A stretch of 63,140 nucleotides of DNA, filler included, from Craspedostauros australis (lineage: Eukaryota): assembly GCA_030167865.1 (NCBI GenBank). It is 14 parts of 14 records of this genome, joined end to end, with 100 filler letters (N's around TTAATTAATTAA, not from the genome) between each part and the next. Parts side by side here need not be neighbours in the genome. Positions count along the whole stretch, not along the records: positions 14,082 to 36,777 come from JALAGF010002270.1; 13 more parts are not named here. One strand, 5' to 3'. This document shows positions 19,688 to 30,877 of this stretch, one piece after another (positions within the stretch are counted from its first letter, which is position 1; each line of letters starts with the position of its first letter). A program made the position numbers and the translations under genes. The notes under the pieces are model-generated. The model was given only the letters and a program-made list of their open reading frames with translations, did no database searches and was not told the origin of the DNA.

Positions 19688-22174
19688 ATGGGCGGATCCG
19701 GCACGGCAACCGGCGCGGGCACCAAGGTGGATGTGACGCTGAAGCTGTCGCAGCTGCAGAACTTGTGCAAGCGAGATCCCGCAAGTTACAGGGAGGATTA
19801 CGATGCGCAGGCGCGTCGGTTGGACTCCGAATGCGGCATCCTGAAGCTGTCCCCGCACTCCCCATCGCCGAGGCTAGTGGAGCTGATTCAGTTCGCGGCG
19901 GCCGTCAGCTCGTCGTCGTACAAGGGGGAGGAGTCGGAGCGCATCGCGGTCATGCTGATCGCCCTGCTGACGGGCACCACCGACGGCGAGGATGGCGTGT
20001 CGGCAGCCTCCAAGGCAGCGCACAAGTCCGTGCAAATGACAATGCCCACCAACGCCCTGCAGCTGCACAAGGAAGTGCGCAAGGCCTGCGTGTCAGCGTT
20101 GATCTTGATGCGAAACAAAGGCGCCATCGAGCCGCTCAGGCTGATGGAGTTGTTCTTCCGATTGATGGCGGTGGTGCATGACAAGGCCCTCAGGGAGCTA
20201 CTGTACAAGCACATGGTCAACGACATCCGCAACATCAACAAGAAGGGCAAGCGCGAGGACAAGGTCAACAGGGCGATCCAGTCGTACCTGCATCGCGTCG
20301 TCAGCAACCACGGGCAGGAAGGTGCCGGAGATGAAGCCGCCACCGACATTGCGGCCAAGCGCGCCACCGACATGGCCTGCGAGCTGTACCGTCGTCAGGT
20401 TTGGACGGATGACCGCACCGTGGCGATCCTCGCATCTGCCTCCATCTCGAAGAACACGACCGTCATGGCCAGGGCCATTCGCTTCTTCCTCAACATCGAA
20501 GAGAAGATGGCCGAGGACAGCAGGCGCGAGGATGACGAAGAGTGGGATGCCAACCAAAAGATCAACTTCCACCGATTCTCCAAAAAGACCAACAACCGCC
20601 AACGCCGCGTAGAGAGGCAGCTCAAGAACCGAAAGCGCCATCAGAACAAGCGCGAGTACACCGACGAATGGATCGAACTGCGCGACGATGCCGGCGTCGA
20701 AGCCGCCAAGCACCTCTACCCAGCCATCGAACTGCTGCGAGATCCGCAGGGCCTTGCGGAGGCGATGCTCAAGCGGCTGAAGGCGCCCAAATCCATTCCG
20801 TACCGCATCAAACTGCTCATGATGAACTTCGTCACGCGGTTGGTGGGGAATCACGAGCTCTTGCTCCTCAACCTCTACCCCTTCCTGCAAAAGTACATGG
20901 GCGGACACCAGCGGGATGTCACGGCCGTGCTGGCCTACACGGTGCAGGCATGCCACGAGCACGTTCCCCCAGACGAAGTGTACGGCATCCTCAAAACCAT
21001 CGCGCACAACTTCATCACGGAGCGGTGTTCGGAGGAACAGATGGCGGTCGGCATCAACGCCTGCCGCGCGATTTGCGGACGCGTGCCATCCTCCCTATCC
21101 ATCGAGGAGAGCCAGGAGAGTTCCGGCAGCACCGTGCTCGATGTCGAAGCCTTCGCGCGTGACCTTGCGGCGTACTCAAATCACAGGGACCGATCCGTGT
21201 CTATCGCCGGCAAAGGTTGGACGAACTTCATACGGGAAACCTTCCCCACGCTTTTGGCAGGCAAAGATCGTGGCCTCAAGGGATCCGCGTTGCACAAGGC
21301 CAAGATTAAGCCCATGCGGTACGGAGAACGCAAGGCTGCGGCCGGTGTGGCTGGTGCAGATCTGCTCATCGAGTACGAAACCAACAAGGCCGTCATGCGC
21401 AAAAAGAAGAAGCAGCTGCGCGCCCAACGCGCAGCCAATAGAGGCGGTGATGACGAAGGTGAGGATGAGGACAATGAAGATGAAGATGAAGACGGTTCTG
21501 ATGGAGAGGAAGCCGCTGAAAACAGTGAAGAGGAAGAAGAGGAAGTTATGGAGTTCGATGACGACGACGACAATGATTCCGATTCCGATGACGAAGCTCC
21601 TGACCTTGTGGAGTATGTGGACGAGGAAGGCAATGCTGTGGATCTGAGCAAAATGACGACCGCTGAACGTGAGAAGTTGCGGCTCAACGTGTCTTCCACA
21701 CGCATCTTCTCTGCTGCCGACTTTGAGCGCATGAGGAAGCTGGTGGAACGCGAGGAACGCGCCAAGCGCGATCCCCGAGAGGCCGCACGCCGGAAGCGGG
21801 CAATCGCACGTGGCGAGCAGTTTGATGATCTCAGCGACGAGGATAGCGATTACTTCTCTGATGGCAGCGACGATGACATTCGTATCGCTGGTGCTGTCAA
21901 CCCAACCGAAATCATGGCGATCGCAAAGAAAAAGCGCATGTCCAAGGCCGAGAAGATCAAGAAGATCATCTCCGGGCGTGAGAAATTCGAATCCAAGGAC
22001 CGAGCCGGCGGATCCACGAACATTGAGAAGACGCGAAAGAAGAATTTCCTCATGAGCAAGAACAGCAGAAACGCACGCTCGAAGGGGCGTGGCAAGGGCG
22101 GATTGTCAGAGAAGCGAGGCAACACAGTCAAGGGCGGCGGCCATGACGCGAAGAAGAGGAGGCGAAAGGCGTAG
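19688..22174 (+). CDS. SDA1: SDA1 60S ribosome biogenesis factor
   Basis: LSQLQNLCKRDPASYREDY, ACHEHVPPD, IAHNFITERCSEEQMAVGIN, an acidic tract, and GSTNIEKTRKKNFLM. Confidence 0.95.
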   Translation: MGGSGTATGAGTKVDVTLKLSQLQNLCKRDPASYREDYDAQARRLDSECGILKLSPHSPSPRLVELIQFAAAVSSSSYKGEESERIAVMLIALLTGTTDGEDGVSAASKAAHKSVQMTMPTNALQLHKEVRKACVSALILMRNKGAIEPLRLMELFFRLMAVVHDKALRELLYKHMVNDIRNINKKGKREDKVNRAIQSYLHRVVSNHGQEGAGDEAATDIAAKRATDMACELYRRQVWTDDRTVAILASASISKNTTVMARAIRFFLNIEEKMAEDSRREDDEEWDANQKINFHRFSKKTNNRQRRVERQLKNRKRHQNKREYTDEWIELRDDAGVEAAKHLYPAIELLRDPQGLAEAMLKRLKAPKSIPYRIKLLMMNFVTRLVGNHELLLLNLYPFLQKYMGGHQRDVTAVLAYTVQACHEHVPPDEVYGILKTIAHNFITERCSEEQMAVGINACRAICGRVPSSLSIEESQESSGSTVLDVEAFARDLAAYSNHRDRSVSIAGKGWTNFIRETFPTLLAGKDRGLKGSALHKAKIKPMRYGERKAAAGVAGADLLIEYETNKAVMRKKKKQLRAQRAANRGGDDEGEDEDNEDEDEDGSDGEEAAENSEEEEEEVMEFDDDDDNDSDSDDEAPDLVEYVDEEGNAVDLSKMTTAEREKLRLNVSSTRIFSAADFERMRKLVEREERAKRDPREAARRKRAIARGEQFDDLSDEDSDYFSDGSDDDIRIAGAVNPTEIMAIAKKKRMSKAEKIKKIISGREKFESKDRAGGSTNIEKTRKKNFLMSKNSRNARSKGRGKGGLSEKRGNTVKGGGHDAKKRRRKA

Positions 22175-22341
22175 GTGTGGTACAAAGTAAAGTACTACTA
22201 TAATAGTATGGAATAACACTGCTCTCCAGAGTATTAGTGTACACAGAGCACGCGTTTCTTGCTTCCCCTGTCTCGACAGCCCTCTTGGAACAAATCATCG
22301 CCACAAATGCAAATGTTCTGCTTGTCGGTATTGGAGTACTC

Positions 22342-22342
<1 letters not shown>

Positions 22343-22376
<34 letters not shown>

Positions 22377-22377
22377 T
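22343..22377. repeat. (CA)n(GA)n microsatellite
   Basis: Read directly. Confidence 0.9.
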
Positions 22378-24578
22378 ACGTTAATTCTTTTACAGTTGCT
22401 TTCCATTTGTGGCCCATGCAGCAGGTAGAAGCATGTACGTGCTGCCGTGGGCGAAGGGTGGAGTTGGCAATGTCTGCTTTCTCTCTATTCTCTAGACTAG
22501 ACTGCTTGATCAATGTAGAAGTCCAACTTCGAACACCTGCGTGTCTGTCGTCGCACGTTGGGTGTCCTCGGGGCCAACGGTGAACGTGTGGTGATGGATT
22601 GATGTGATGGGTTTCTTCGCCGCGATCTCTTCGCAAGGTTACCACCGACCACCCACAACACCGACTCTGGCATCAAATCGCACAAAACATCCACAACCAC
22701 AACACCGACTTGCCCCCATCGTTGACGACAACGATGCAAGTGAACGGATCAAGGTGACGCAAAGACGTTGCTGACAAATCGCAGAATGAGACTGCTTCAA
22801 TCTCGATGAAATGGTGTGCTTCCCGATCAATCGATCAATCGATCGACCGAGATCCTGAGCAAAACAGACGATGGCATGCAATGGGACAACAGTACCCGTG
22901 CTAACATACCATCCTAGAGAGTACCCTGCGTATGAGCATGATCCAAGTGCAACCAACCAGGTGAGTTCCCTTTTTCTGGCAACACTCGCGTGAAGTGGGT
23001 CTTGCGGATGCGCGGACTCGTCCCGATGTTGAAAGCGATCATTGAATGAACGTAAGATGGTTGATGATTTGCAACCGGTATCTCCGGCTCCAACGTCCTT
23101 TACTTGGGCATCAAATGTTGGACTCGGTCAAAAGTGTTGCGAGATTGATGAAGTGATTTTCAGGTAGAGTCTTATAGTTGGATAGGCTCGTCGATGTGCG
23201 TGGTGCGACAGCATGCACGCGCAAACTCAATGGCAGCTGGTCCTGGTTGACCTTCCACAAGCTACGTACTACTCGCACCTACTAGTATGAGTACGATCGG
23301 TTGCTTTGCGCTGCATCGCAGGAAGTATGAGCACGGAAGTGCGAGGATGTACGCGCATCCAATCACAAATGGTGTGTTGCACGATGAGAGAGAGCTTTCG
23401 CTCACATGTCTTCCTTCTTGAATTGCGATTCTGCGGTTGCCTTTTCAATTGATTCAGCATGGCACACTACTCGCAGGAGTATCGCACAATGAATGCAGGA
23501 CGGAGTACGCAACATGTGATGAGATGGAGTGGGTGACTATCCTCACATCCATCCAGAAAAACACAGATACAATTTGAGATGCAAAGATCCATGGCAGGAG
23601 CCAATGCGCAGCGAAACAGCATCGCAACATTGGCCGTGATGCCTCCCGCCGCATCAACGCAAGCTGTAGTATTACACTGCCCTCGAGAGCACAATAGCTT
23701 GACGTAAAAGAAGCACGACCGCGCTTCAGCGTGGATGATCATTCCGAGCACAGCTTTACTCTGCGTCATGCTTTGATGAACATGCATCGCATGACAACGG
23801 TCCACGCAGAACATCGGAGAAGACTGTGTTCTGCTCTCCATTCACTTCAATGATGCACAATCAAAGACGCGGCACAGACTCTGGTGGTCTGATCAACTTT
23901 GAGTATGATGCTCCGGTCACCCCAACAGTTCCGTCAGAATCAGATGACCGCTCGAGTGCTGAGGAATGAGCAAGAGAATGGTTGAAACTGCTGCACTCCC
24001 TACTCTCCATGGTCGGATGTGGAAATGGCTCCAAGAAGGCACAGTCTCCTTCTCACTAGAGAGTGTAATGCGTATGCTAGCACTTTGCTCTGGTAATATA
24101 GTACAATATTATATGTAATACAATGTCGTATAATAGATCCTTGCATCAGCATGGGTATGATTACTGTTATATCCCCGCAGCATGAGTGTTGCTCCTCCGC
24201 TGTCCTCAAGTGTGGAAAGCAGGCTACATTCATCGTGATAGTGTGGAATGAGTCAATGGTTGTGGTTCACTTTTGACGTCATCAACACGCACGACACCAA
24301 TGGTTTTCACCTACCCTTCCCATCCTCTGTTTCTCTTGTTGCCATCTCACAGTTGTCGCTCTCTCCTGTTTTCCAAACCCAACACTCGTATTCGCATCAA
24401 CTTGAGGATCTGACACCCCATCCAAACCCATCCAAACCCATTCCCTTCCACCGCCTCACACAATCGCACCAGCCACCTTCACTTGGCGCAACACTCACCG
24501 GAGAGTATACTCACATAACATCAACACACGATTTTCTTCTCGCAAAACGCTCCGTCTTTCAGCGCACGCAACACCAAC

Positions 24579-25268
24579 ATGCTGTCATTGTGCACCAACT
24601 TTGCAAGGACAACCAGGAGACCGGTCCTTCAACGAATGAGGAAGTTCCATGGCACCAGCCACGATCAGCTACCAGCCGCAACGGTTGTGTTGCCGCCCTC
24701 CGATTCCGACGACGATGACGATGATGGCCATGGCCAGCAGTATCAGCAACAACAACATGAAGAGCACGAGGATCACTTTCATTTGTTGGGCATCGACCGA
24801 CAGTACGATGTCTCCCTAGCCACATTGAAATCCAACTACCGACAGCTCATGACGCGGTACCACCCCGACAAGCACAGCAACAAAACCAACGAGCAACGTC
24901 AATCCATCGAACAGCTGGCATCGCAAATCACCAACGCCTACGAAGTCCTGCGAGAACCGGACACACGAGCGACGCATCTGCTCGATCTGGTGGGGCATCC
25001 TTTGGAGGAGGCGTCCTCGGCGTCAGATAGCGTTGTGGGCAATGCATTCCTCATGAGCATCATGGAAGCACGCGAGACTATTGAATCCACGGCACCCAAT
25101 CAAATGAGACCGCTGTTGTCGCAAGCGGAAGCTCAAATCGAAGCGATTGGCAACGACGTTCGGGAGGCCTTTGATGATGGAGAGTATGCATCTGCGCTCA
25201 AGTTCACGGCTCAGCTCAAGTACTGGGTTCGTATCCAGGCCACCATCAAGGAGAAGATGGAGGACTGA
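24579..25268 (+). CDS. HSCB: Mitochondrial Fe-S cluster co-chaperone HscB/Jac1
   Basis: Arg-rich presequence-like N-terminus; J-domain with YHPDK; ITNAYEVLREPDTRATHLL; FLMSIMEARE; LKYW. Confidence 0.9.
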   Translation: MLSLCTNFARTTRRPVLQRMRKFHGTSHDQLPAATVVLPPSDSDDDDDDGHGQQYQQQQHEEHEDHFHLLGIDRQYDVSLATLKSNYRQLMTRYHPDKHSNKTNEQRQSIEQLASQITNAYEVLREPDTRATHLLDLVGHPLEEASSASDSVVGNAFLMSIMEARETIESTAPNQMRPLLSQAEAQIEAIGNDVREAFDDGEYASALKFTAQLKYWVRIQATIKEKMED

Positions 25269-25679
25269 TGGAGCGGCTGACAAATGCTGTCAGAGGATAA
25301 TATAAAATACATGCGAATGTATTAATAGTGACTATTGGATGGAAAGACAGGGACAGAAAATCGATTCGCTGTTGTGCTGCAGCCATGCAGGCCGACTATT
25401 GTACTCTTCCATTTATATTTGTCCTGCCGTGGATGCGAAGAGACGCCTGCAGATCACGCGCAGCTTCGATGATCCCTGAAATGACGAGCATCAAAAGCGT
25501 CACGACCACAATAACTGTACAATACTTGCAATAAAGACGTATACTTCATGAACATCTCTCTTTCTCTCCGCCTCTCCGAATGCACCGTGCACAAAATTCC
25601 GCCACGTTCGCGTTTGGCACAAAATCACCCTCATCTCGTCTCCTCTTCCTCAATGCCATGAACCTCCAAGTGTTCAATG

Positions 25680-26912
25680 CTAATTCAAGGATTCGCTGTA
25701 GCTGTGCTCCTCTTCGACCATCGATTCAGACGCATGTTTCATGTACTTGCTGTACGGTATCCGCTCGTATTCTGCCTGCTCTATCTGATTGCGCGTGATC
25801 GTGGGCGTGGGCAGCAAGCACTGCGTGAGGAAGCTGACGCCCCTGAATGCCGCGGATGCGTAAATGAAGTAAAGCCCGATGCCATCCGCCCACTCGTAAG
25901 TCCTGCGCACTTCCCCCACCAACCCCTGGATGCCAGGATCAGGAATTATCGTGTCTTCGTCAAGGAAGGTCGGCAGGCACTCGTTGTAAAAAGAGTTCCA
26001 CGCTACCATCGCTCCCACCACGGACATAGACGACGTCACCCAGGCCGAACACCGCTGGCAATTCACATCGTAATTGCTGTACTCGCGCAGGATGTCACTG
26101 AACAACGACGGTATGCACAGCACGACGGCCACCAGTAACGGCAGCACGATGAACTGACGGCTCGCGTCGGCGCACTTCGAACAATCCCCGACGTCGATGT
26201 ACTGCTCGATCCCAGCGTTCGTCAGATCGCAGAATTCGTCGAACAACACCGTTCGATCATCGCCAGTCGAATCATCGCGCAGCAGGATGGCCCGCAATCC
26301 GATCCGCACGGTGACTTGCGCAAGTTCTGTCGTGTTCGTTCCCGTCGTGACTACTCCCACGACCCACGGCGTGCGTTTGAGCAGGCTCGTCGATGTGGAC
26401 ACGGCCATGGTGGCGAACATGAGGCTGCCCAATCCCATGAGATCCACCAGGAAGGCCAGCAGCATGACGCACGATCGGGCGGATTCCAGATTGGACGGCA
26501 AGCACCCGATCCAACCCAACGTCGTGCAGAATATGTTTTCCTCCAGCGCGAAGGGACACCACCTCAGGAGGGGCGATGGATAGCACAGGAAGCAAGGTGG
26601 TCGGCCGTTTCCCACCCTTGACCTTCCATTGATCCGATCGTACAGCCATTCTCTGTGCTTCGTCGTCTGTTGCTGCGATTCATGGTCGTCGTCACTGTCT
26701 TCGTCGTTTTCGTCGCCTTCGTAACTGCCTGCTTGCTGCTCATCATAGTTGCTGTGCTGTTCCTGATCATTGTCATCGTCGTCGAACTCATAGCTATCGT
26801 CGTCGTCACTCGGATGAAAGCGATTGGCGTTCAACTGCGACGAGTTATGGCTCATTGCGGGCGTATGGTCGCTCGGTGCGTGATGCGGAGGACGCAGCCC
26901 GTGGCTATGCAC
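25680..26912 (-). CDS. Hypothetical multi-pass membrane protein with acidic N-terminus and Cys-rich loops
   Basis: 410-aa ORF with about four hydrophobic segments. Function and start codon are uncertain. Confidence 0.7.
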   Translation of the reverse strand: MHSHGLRPPHHAPSDHTPAMSHNSSQLNANRFHPSDDDDSYEFDDDDNDQEQHSNYDEQQAGSYEGDENDEDSDDDHESQQQTTKHREWLYDRINGRSRVGNGRPPCFLCYPSPLLRWCPFALEENIFCTTLGWIGCLPSNLESARSCVMLLAFLVDLMGLGSLMFATMAVSTSTSLLKRTPWVVGVVTTGTNTTELAQVTVRIGLRAILLRDDSTGDDRTVLFDEFCDLTNAGIEQYIDVGDCSKCADASRQFIVLPLLVAVVLCIPSLFSDILREYSNYDVNCQRCSAWVTSSMSVVGAMVAWNSFYNECLPTFLDEDTIIPDPGIQGLVGEVRRTYEWADGIGLYFIYASAAFRGVSFLTQCLLPTPTITRNQIEQAEYERIPYSKYMKHASESMVEEEHSYSESLN

Positions 26913-28056
26913 GAAGGCGGTGTAGTGGTGCGGGTATTGCTATGGGTGTTGGTCTGAGCAGGTCTGCGATTCCCAACGGATCGTTGCTCTCAGAAGCCAA
27001 CAGCAGAGAACAGTCAAATAACTTGTCTTGAAAATAATGCGGGATGTATGTGGAGTGCTTGGCTCTGATGTACTATCCTCCTATGATTGTATGGTGGTGG
27101 CTTCTGTCGTTTCGCTGTCTCGATTAGCATTGATGTCAACTGCCTCCGATGTTGCGTGTTGGCACTCTTCCTGGTGTTGAGGTCATTGTCGAAGTGATGT
27201 TGTCACCCCAACGGTTGCGCCTGGCAAATTGTGTCGACAACCGTCACGTTTTCCGTTCCGAATGGGAGAACATGATACTATCCGTGCTGTATACTTCGTA
27301 ACAAGCTGACATGCGGCGCCAAGGTTTGGTCGTGGAAGTCAGTGGTTGAAGGTACTTTTGGTAGTATCAATTTCGTTCATCCGTTGAAATCGAGATTGTG
27401 ACAGAAGGCGCACGAGGTTTTGGCGCCAAAAAACACGAAAAACGGGGGAAGATGTTGTTTGCAGAACATCGACGAAGCGGACGCGATCATTTTCGCCGAA
27501 GAACCAGACAAGCACAATAGTAACAAACACGAAAACAAACACGAAAACGAAATACGCTGCACACAACAGCACTAGGCCGAAGCGGAGGAAGAGCAAGAAG
27601 AAGAGAGCACCCACTGCTCGTGCTGACTCCGACGTTTTGCGGCATTCCACGCTCGCAGGATCCTCGGTCGTTTCCACGTTACAAGAACATAATATAATGC
27701 AATGATGACTTCCGACACCATCGCCCACGATCCACTTTCTCCTTCTGTGGCTGCCCACGCTGACGCCAAGGTCGATGGGGCAATCACAGAGCGGCATCGC
27801 GGCAACAATGTGAAATGACAAACATCGTGAAACAACAATCAACGTAATGCCATGCACGCTGCGTGAAACAGAACATGGGATACCACCCCCACCAACCATG
27901 AAGCAGAAGATGATTGCTTCATAAAAAACCAGACAGAGATGAGATCAAGGGACGACGATCAGCCAAACACTCATTCAATCACATCGAACAAGCCCGTCGC
28001 ATTGATCTGATCTCAACAACAAGTGTCATCCCTTTACGACACATACCAGCTCCATC

Positions 28057-30432
28057 ATGGTCTTCATCCTCCCTCGACTCGTTGTGATGTTCGCCTCACC
28101 ATTGCGAAACCACAACCATCAAGTCCGGACATCACTATCCACGGCCTCACCGTCTCTCTTTCCGCTCAAGTCGACCCCTGGTGATGCACCCCCGCCAATC
28201 ATCACCGATCAGGATCTCCTGCGCGCCGCAGAACAAGGAGATGTGGACACTCTCACCGCATGGAAGACAGCGTTTCCACAAACCTCCATCGACACGATCA
28301 AGGATCACCGTGACAAGACTTCACTCCACCTCGCATGCTCCAACGGCCAGCTTGAAACGATCAAGCAGCTGATGGAGTCATGCGGAGCGGACGCCAATAT
28401 CCAATCCATGAATGGAGAGACTGCGCTACACTATGCATGCGCACAGGGCAACGTCGACGTTGTGGAATACCTAGCCGGGGCGCATGCTGCAGATGTCAAC
28501 CTCCAGGATAACTCCGGGAAGGTGGCACTCCACGACGCATGTACCGAGGGACATGCGGCCATCGTGAAGACTCTGATCGAGTCATATTCTGCAAGTGCTC
28601 TCATGCAAGATGAGAAGGGGGAGAATGCCCTCCATGCCGCGTGTCTTCATGGGCGTTTGGATGTTGTGGAGTACCTCGTTGGATCATGTGGAGTGGAAAT
28701 CAATGTGCAGGATGATTTCGGCAATACTGCGATCCACGATGCGTGTCTGAAGGGTCATCTTGATATCTTGAAGTATGTGATGGAGACTCGTACTGTGGAT
28801 ATCGACGTCCAGAACGATGACGGCGATACCGCACTTCATGTTGCTTACAGAAATGGTCATTTGGATGTTGTCGAGTACCTGGTGAAGTCATGCAAGGCAA
28901 ATGTTCAGGTTGAGAATGACGCTGGCGGCACGGCTCTCCAGTCTGCATATTCCAAAGGTCATCTAGATGTTGTGAGATGGTTGGTGGAGTCAGATCAGGT
29001 GGACATCAATATCAAGGACGAGAATGGCGACACTTTGCTTCACTGCGCAAGTGCCGATGGTCACCTCGACGTTGTGAAGCGGCTGATTGAATCCGGTAAA
29101 GCCAATATCAACGCTGAGAACGACAAATTCGAGACCCTAATCTTCGAGGCATATCACAACAATCACTTCGACATTGTCAAGTGTCTGGTCGCAGCACCCA
29201 ATGCTGGTTTGAACGTAAAAGACCGTGCTAACAACACCGTTCTCCATCTCGCAAGTCGCGATGGCTATCTTGATCTTGTGAAGTGGCTGGTTGGATCCGG
29301 CAAAACCAATATCAACACTGAGAACGACGAGGGCAAGACTCCGCTCTTCAAGGCATATCGCAACAACCACTTCGATGTTGTCAAGTATCTCCTCGGAACA
29401 TCCAGCCTATATCCCAACTTCAGACGCACGGATGGCAACACCGTACTCCATCTCGCAAGTGGCGATGGCCATCTCGATGTTGTGAAGTGGGTGGTTGAAT
29501 CCGGCAAGGCCAATATCAACGCTGAGAACGACAACCGTGAGACTCCAATCTTCAAGGCATATCGTACCTATCACTTCGACATTGTCAAGTATCTGATCGC
29601 AGCACCAAATGTCGATCTGAACGTAAAAAACCAGGATGGCAACACCGTGCTCCATCTCGCAAGTCGCGATGGCCATCTCGATGTTGTGAAGCAACTGGTT
29701 GAATCCGGTAAGGCCAATATCAATGCTGAGAACGACACATACGAGACTCCACTCTACAAGGCACATCACAACAATCATTTCGACATTTTCAAGTATCTGT
29801 TCGCATCACCAAATGTCAATTTGAACGTGAAAGACAGGAATGGCAACACCGTGCTCCATCTCGCAAGTGGCGATGGCCATCTCGATGTTGTGAAGCAGCT
29901 GGTTGAATCCGGCAAGGCCAATATCAATGCTGAGACCAACAACTGGGAGACTCCAATCTTCAAGGCATATCACAACCATCACTTCGACATTGTCAAGTAT
30001 CTGGTCGCAGCACCAAATGTTGATTTGAACGTAAAAGACGAGGATGGCAACACCGTGCTCCATCTCGCGGGTGGCGATGGCCATCTCGACGTTGTGAAGT
30101 TGTTGGTTGAACAAGGCAAGGTCGATGTCAACATCAAAACCGGCGATTCTTGCAGCACTGCACTGCACTTTGCAAGCCTAAATGACAGACTGGAGGTCGT
30201 AAAGTATTTGGTGGAATCATGCAACGCAGAAATCAACATTACAAACAACGCTGGCAGAACTCCACTTTGGTGGGCAAGTTTGAATGGTCATTTGGAGGTG
30301 GTCAAGTATTTGGTGGAATCGTGCAACGCAGATATCAGCATCAAGACCGACTTGGACGACACTGCGGTGGACATTGCGAGAGAAGAGGGCCACACTGATG
30401 TTGTCAACTGCTTGACCACTCCTGCTTGGTGA
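28057..30432 (+). CDS. Ankyrin-repeat protein (about 21 repeats)
   Basis: Repeated GxTxLHxA...GHLDVVKxLV units; a 204-bp nucleotide-level tandem unit from ~29020 to ~30130. Confidence 0.95.
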   Translation: MVFILPRLVVMFASPLRNHNHQVRTSLSTASPSLFPLKSTPGDAPPPIITDQDLLRAAEQGDVDTLTAWKTAFPQTSIDTIKDHRDKTSLHLACSNGQLETIKQLMESCGADANIQSMNGETALHYACAQGNVDVVEYLAGAHAADVNLQDNSGKVALHDACTEGHAAIVKTLIESYSASALMQDEKGENALHAACLHGRLDVVEYLVGSCGVEINVQDDFGNTAIHDACLKGHLDILKYVMETRTVDIDVQNDDGDTALHVAYRNGHLDVVEYLVKSCKANVQVENDAGGTALQSAYSKGHLDVVRWLVESDQVDINIKDENGDTLLHCASADGHLDVVKRLIESGKANINAENDKFETLIFEAYHNNHFDIVKCLVAAPNAGLNVKDRANNTVLHLASRDGYLDLVKWLVGSGKTNINTENDEGKTPLFKAYRNNHFDVVKYLLGTSSLYPNFRRTDGNTVLHLASGDGHLDVVKWVVESGKANINAENDNRETPIFKAYRTYHFDIVKYLIAAPNVDLNVKNQDGNTVLHLASRDGHLDVVKQLVESGKANINAENDTYETPLYKAHHNNHFDIFKYLFASPNVNLNVKDRNGNTVLHLASGDGHLDVVKQLVESGKANINAETNNWETPIFKAYHNHHFDIVKYLVAAPNVDLNVKDEDGNTVLHLAGGDGHLDVVKLLVEQGKVDVNIKTGDSCSTALHFASLNDRLEVVKYLVESCNAEINITNNAGRTPLWWASLNGHLEVVKYLVESCNADISIKTDLDDTAVDIAREEGHTDVVNCLTTPAW

Positions 30433-30877
30433 GAGCATCGCTGTGACTTGGACAAGAATAAGCCAACCACCTGTCATAGTAGTCTCCCTTAGCAGCTGTC
30501 AAGTGCTTAACATCCATCGTTGACGTAAATCAGTCGTTGGGTTCTATTGTTCAGTGGACTACGCTTATTGCACTACGAGATCATGGTTTGCTGCAATCTG
30601 CTTATCGTCGCTTCGTGTTGCAAGGTCATGGTACCACTGTCCAGCCCATGCGTTGTTATATGTTGCGATGTGTTGTGGCGGATACTGTGTATGGCATGCG
30701 ATTGCGCTTTTCCTCTCTTGGAAGCAAGCGGCGCCATGGTCTGAGATTCACGATGCATCTCAAAGCTACCTTTGGCGGCGTGATGCATGTGTTCATCTGC
30801 GTGTTGATGTGTGTTGGTGTGTTCTTGTGGCGCACTGTGGTTGCGCATCGATGCTCCAAGTGTCAACGTGTTTACTT

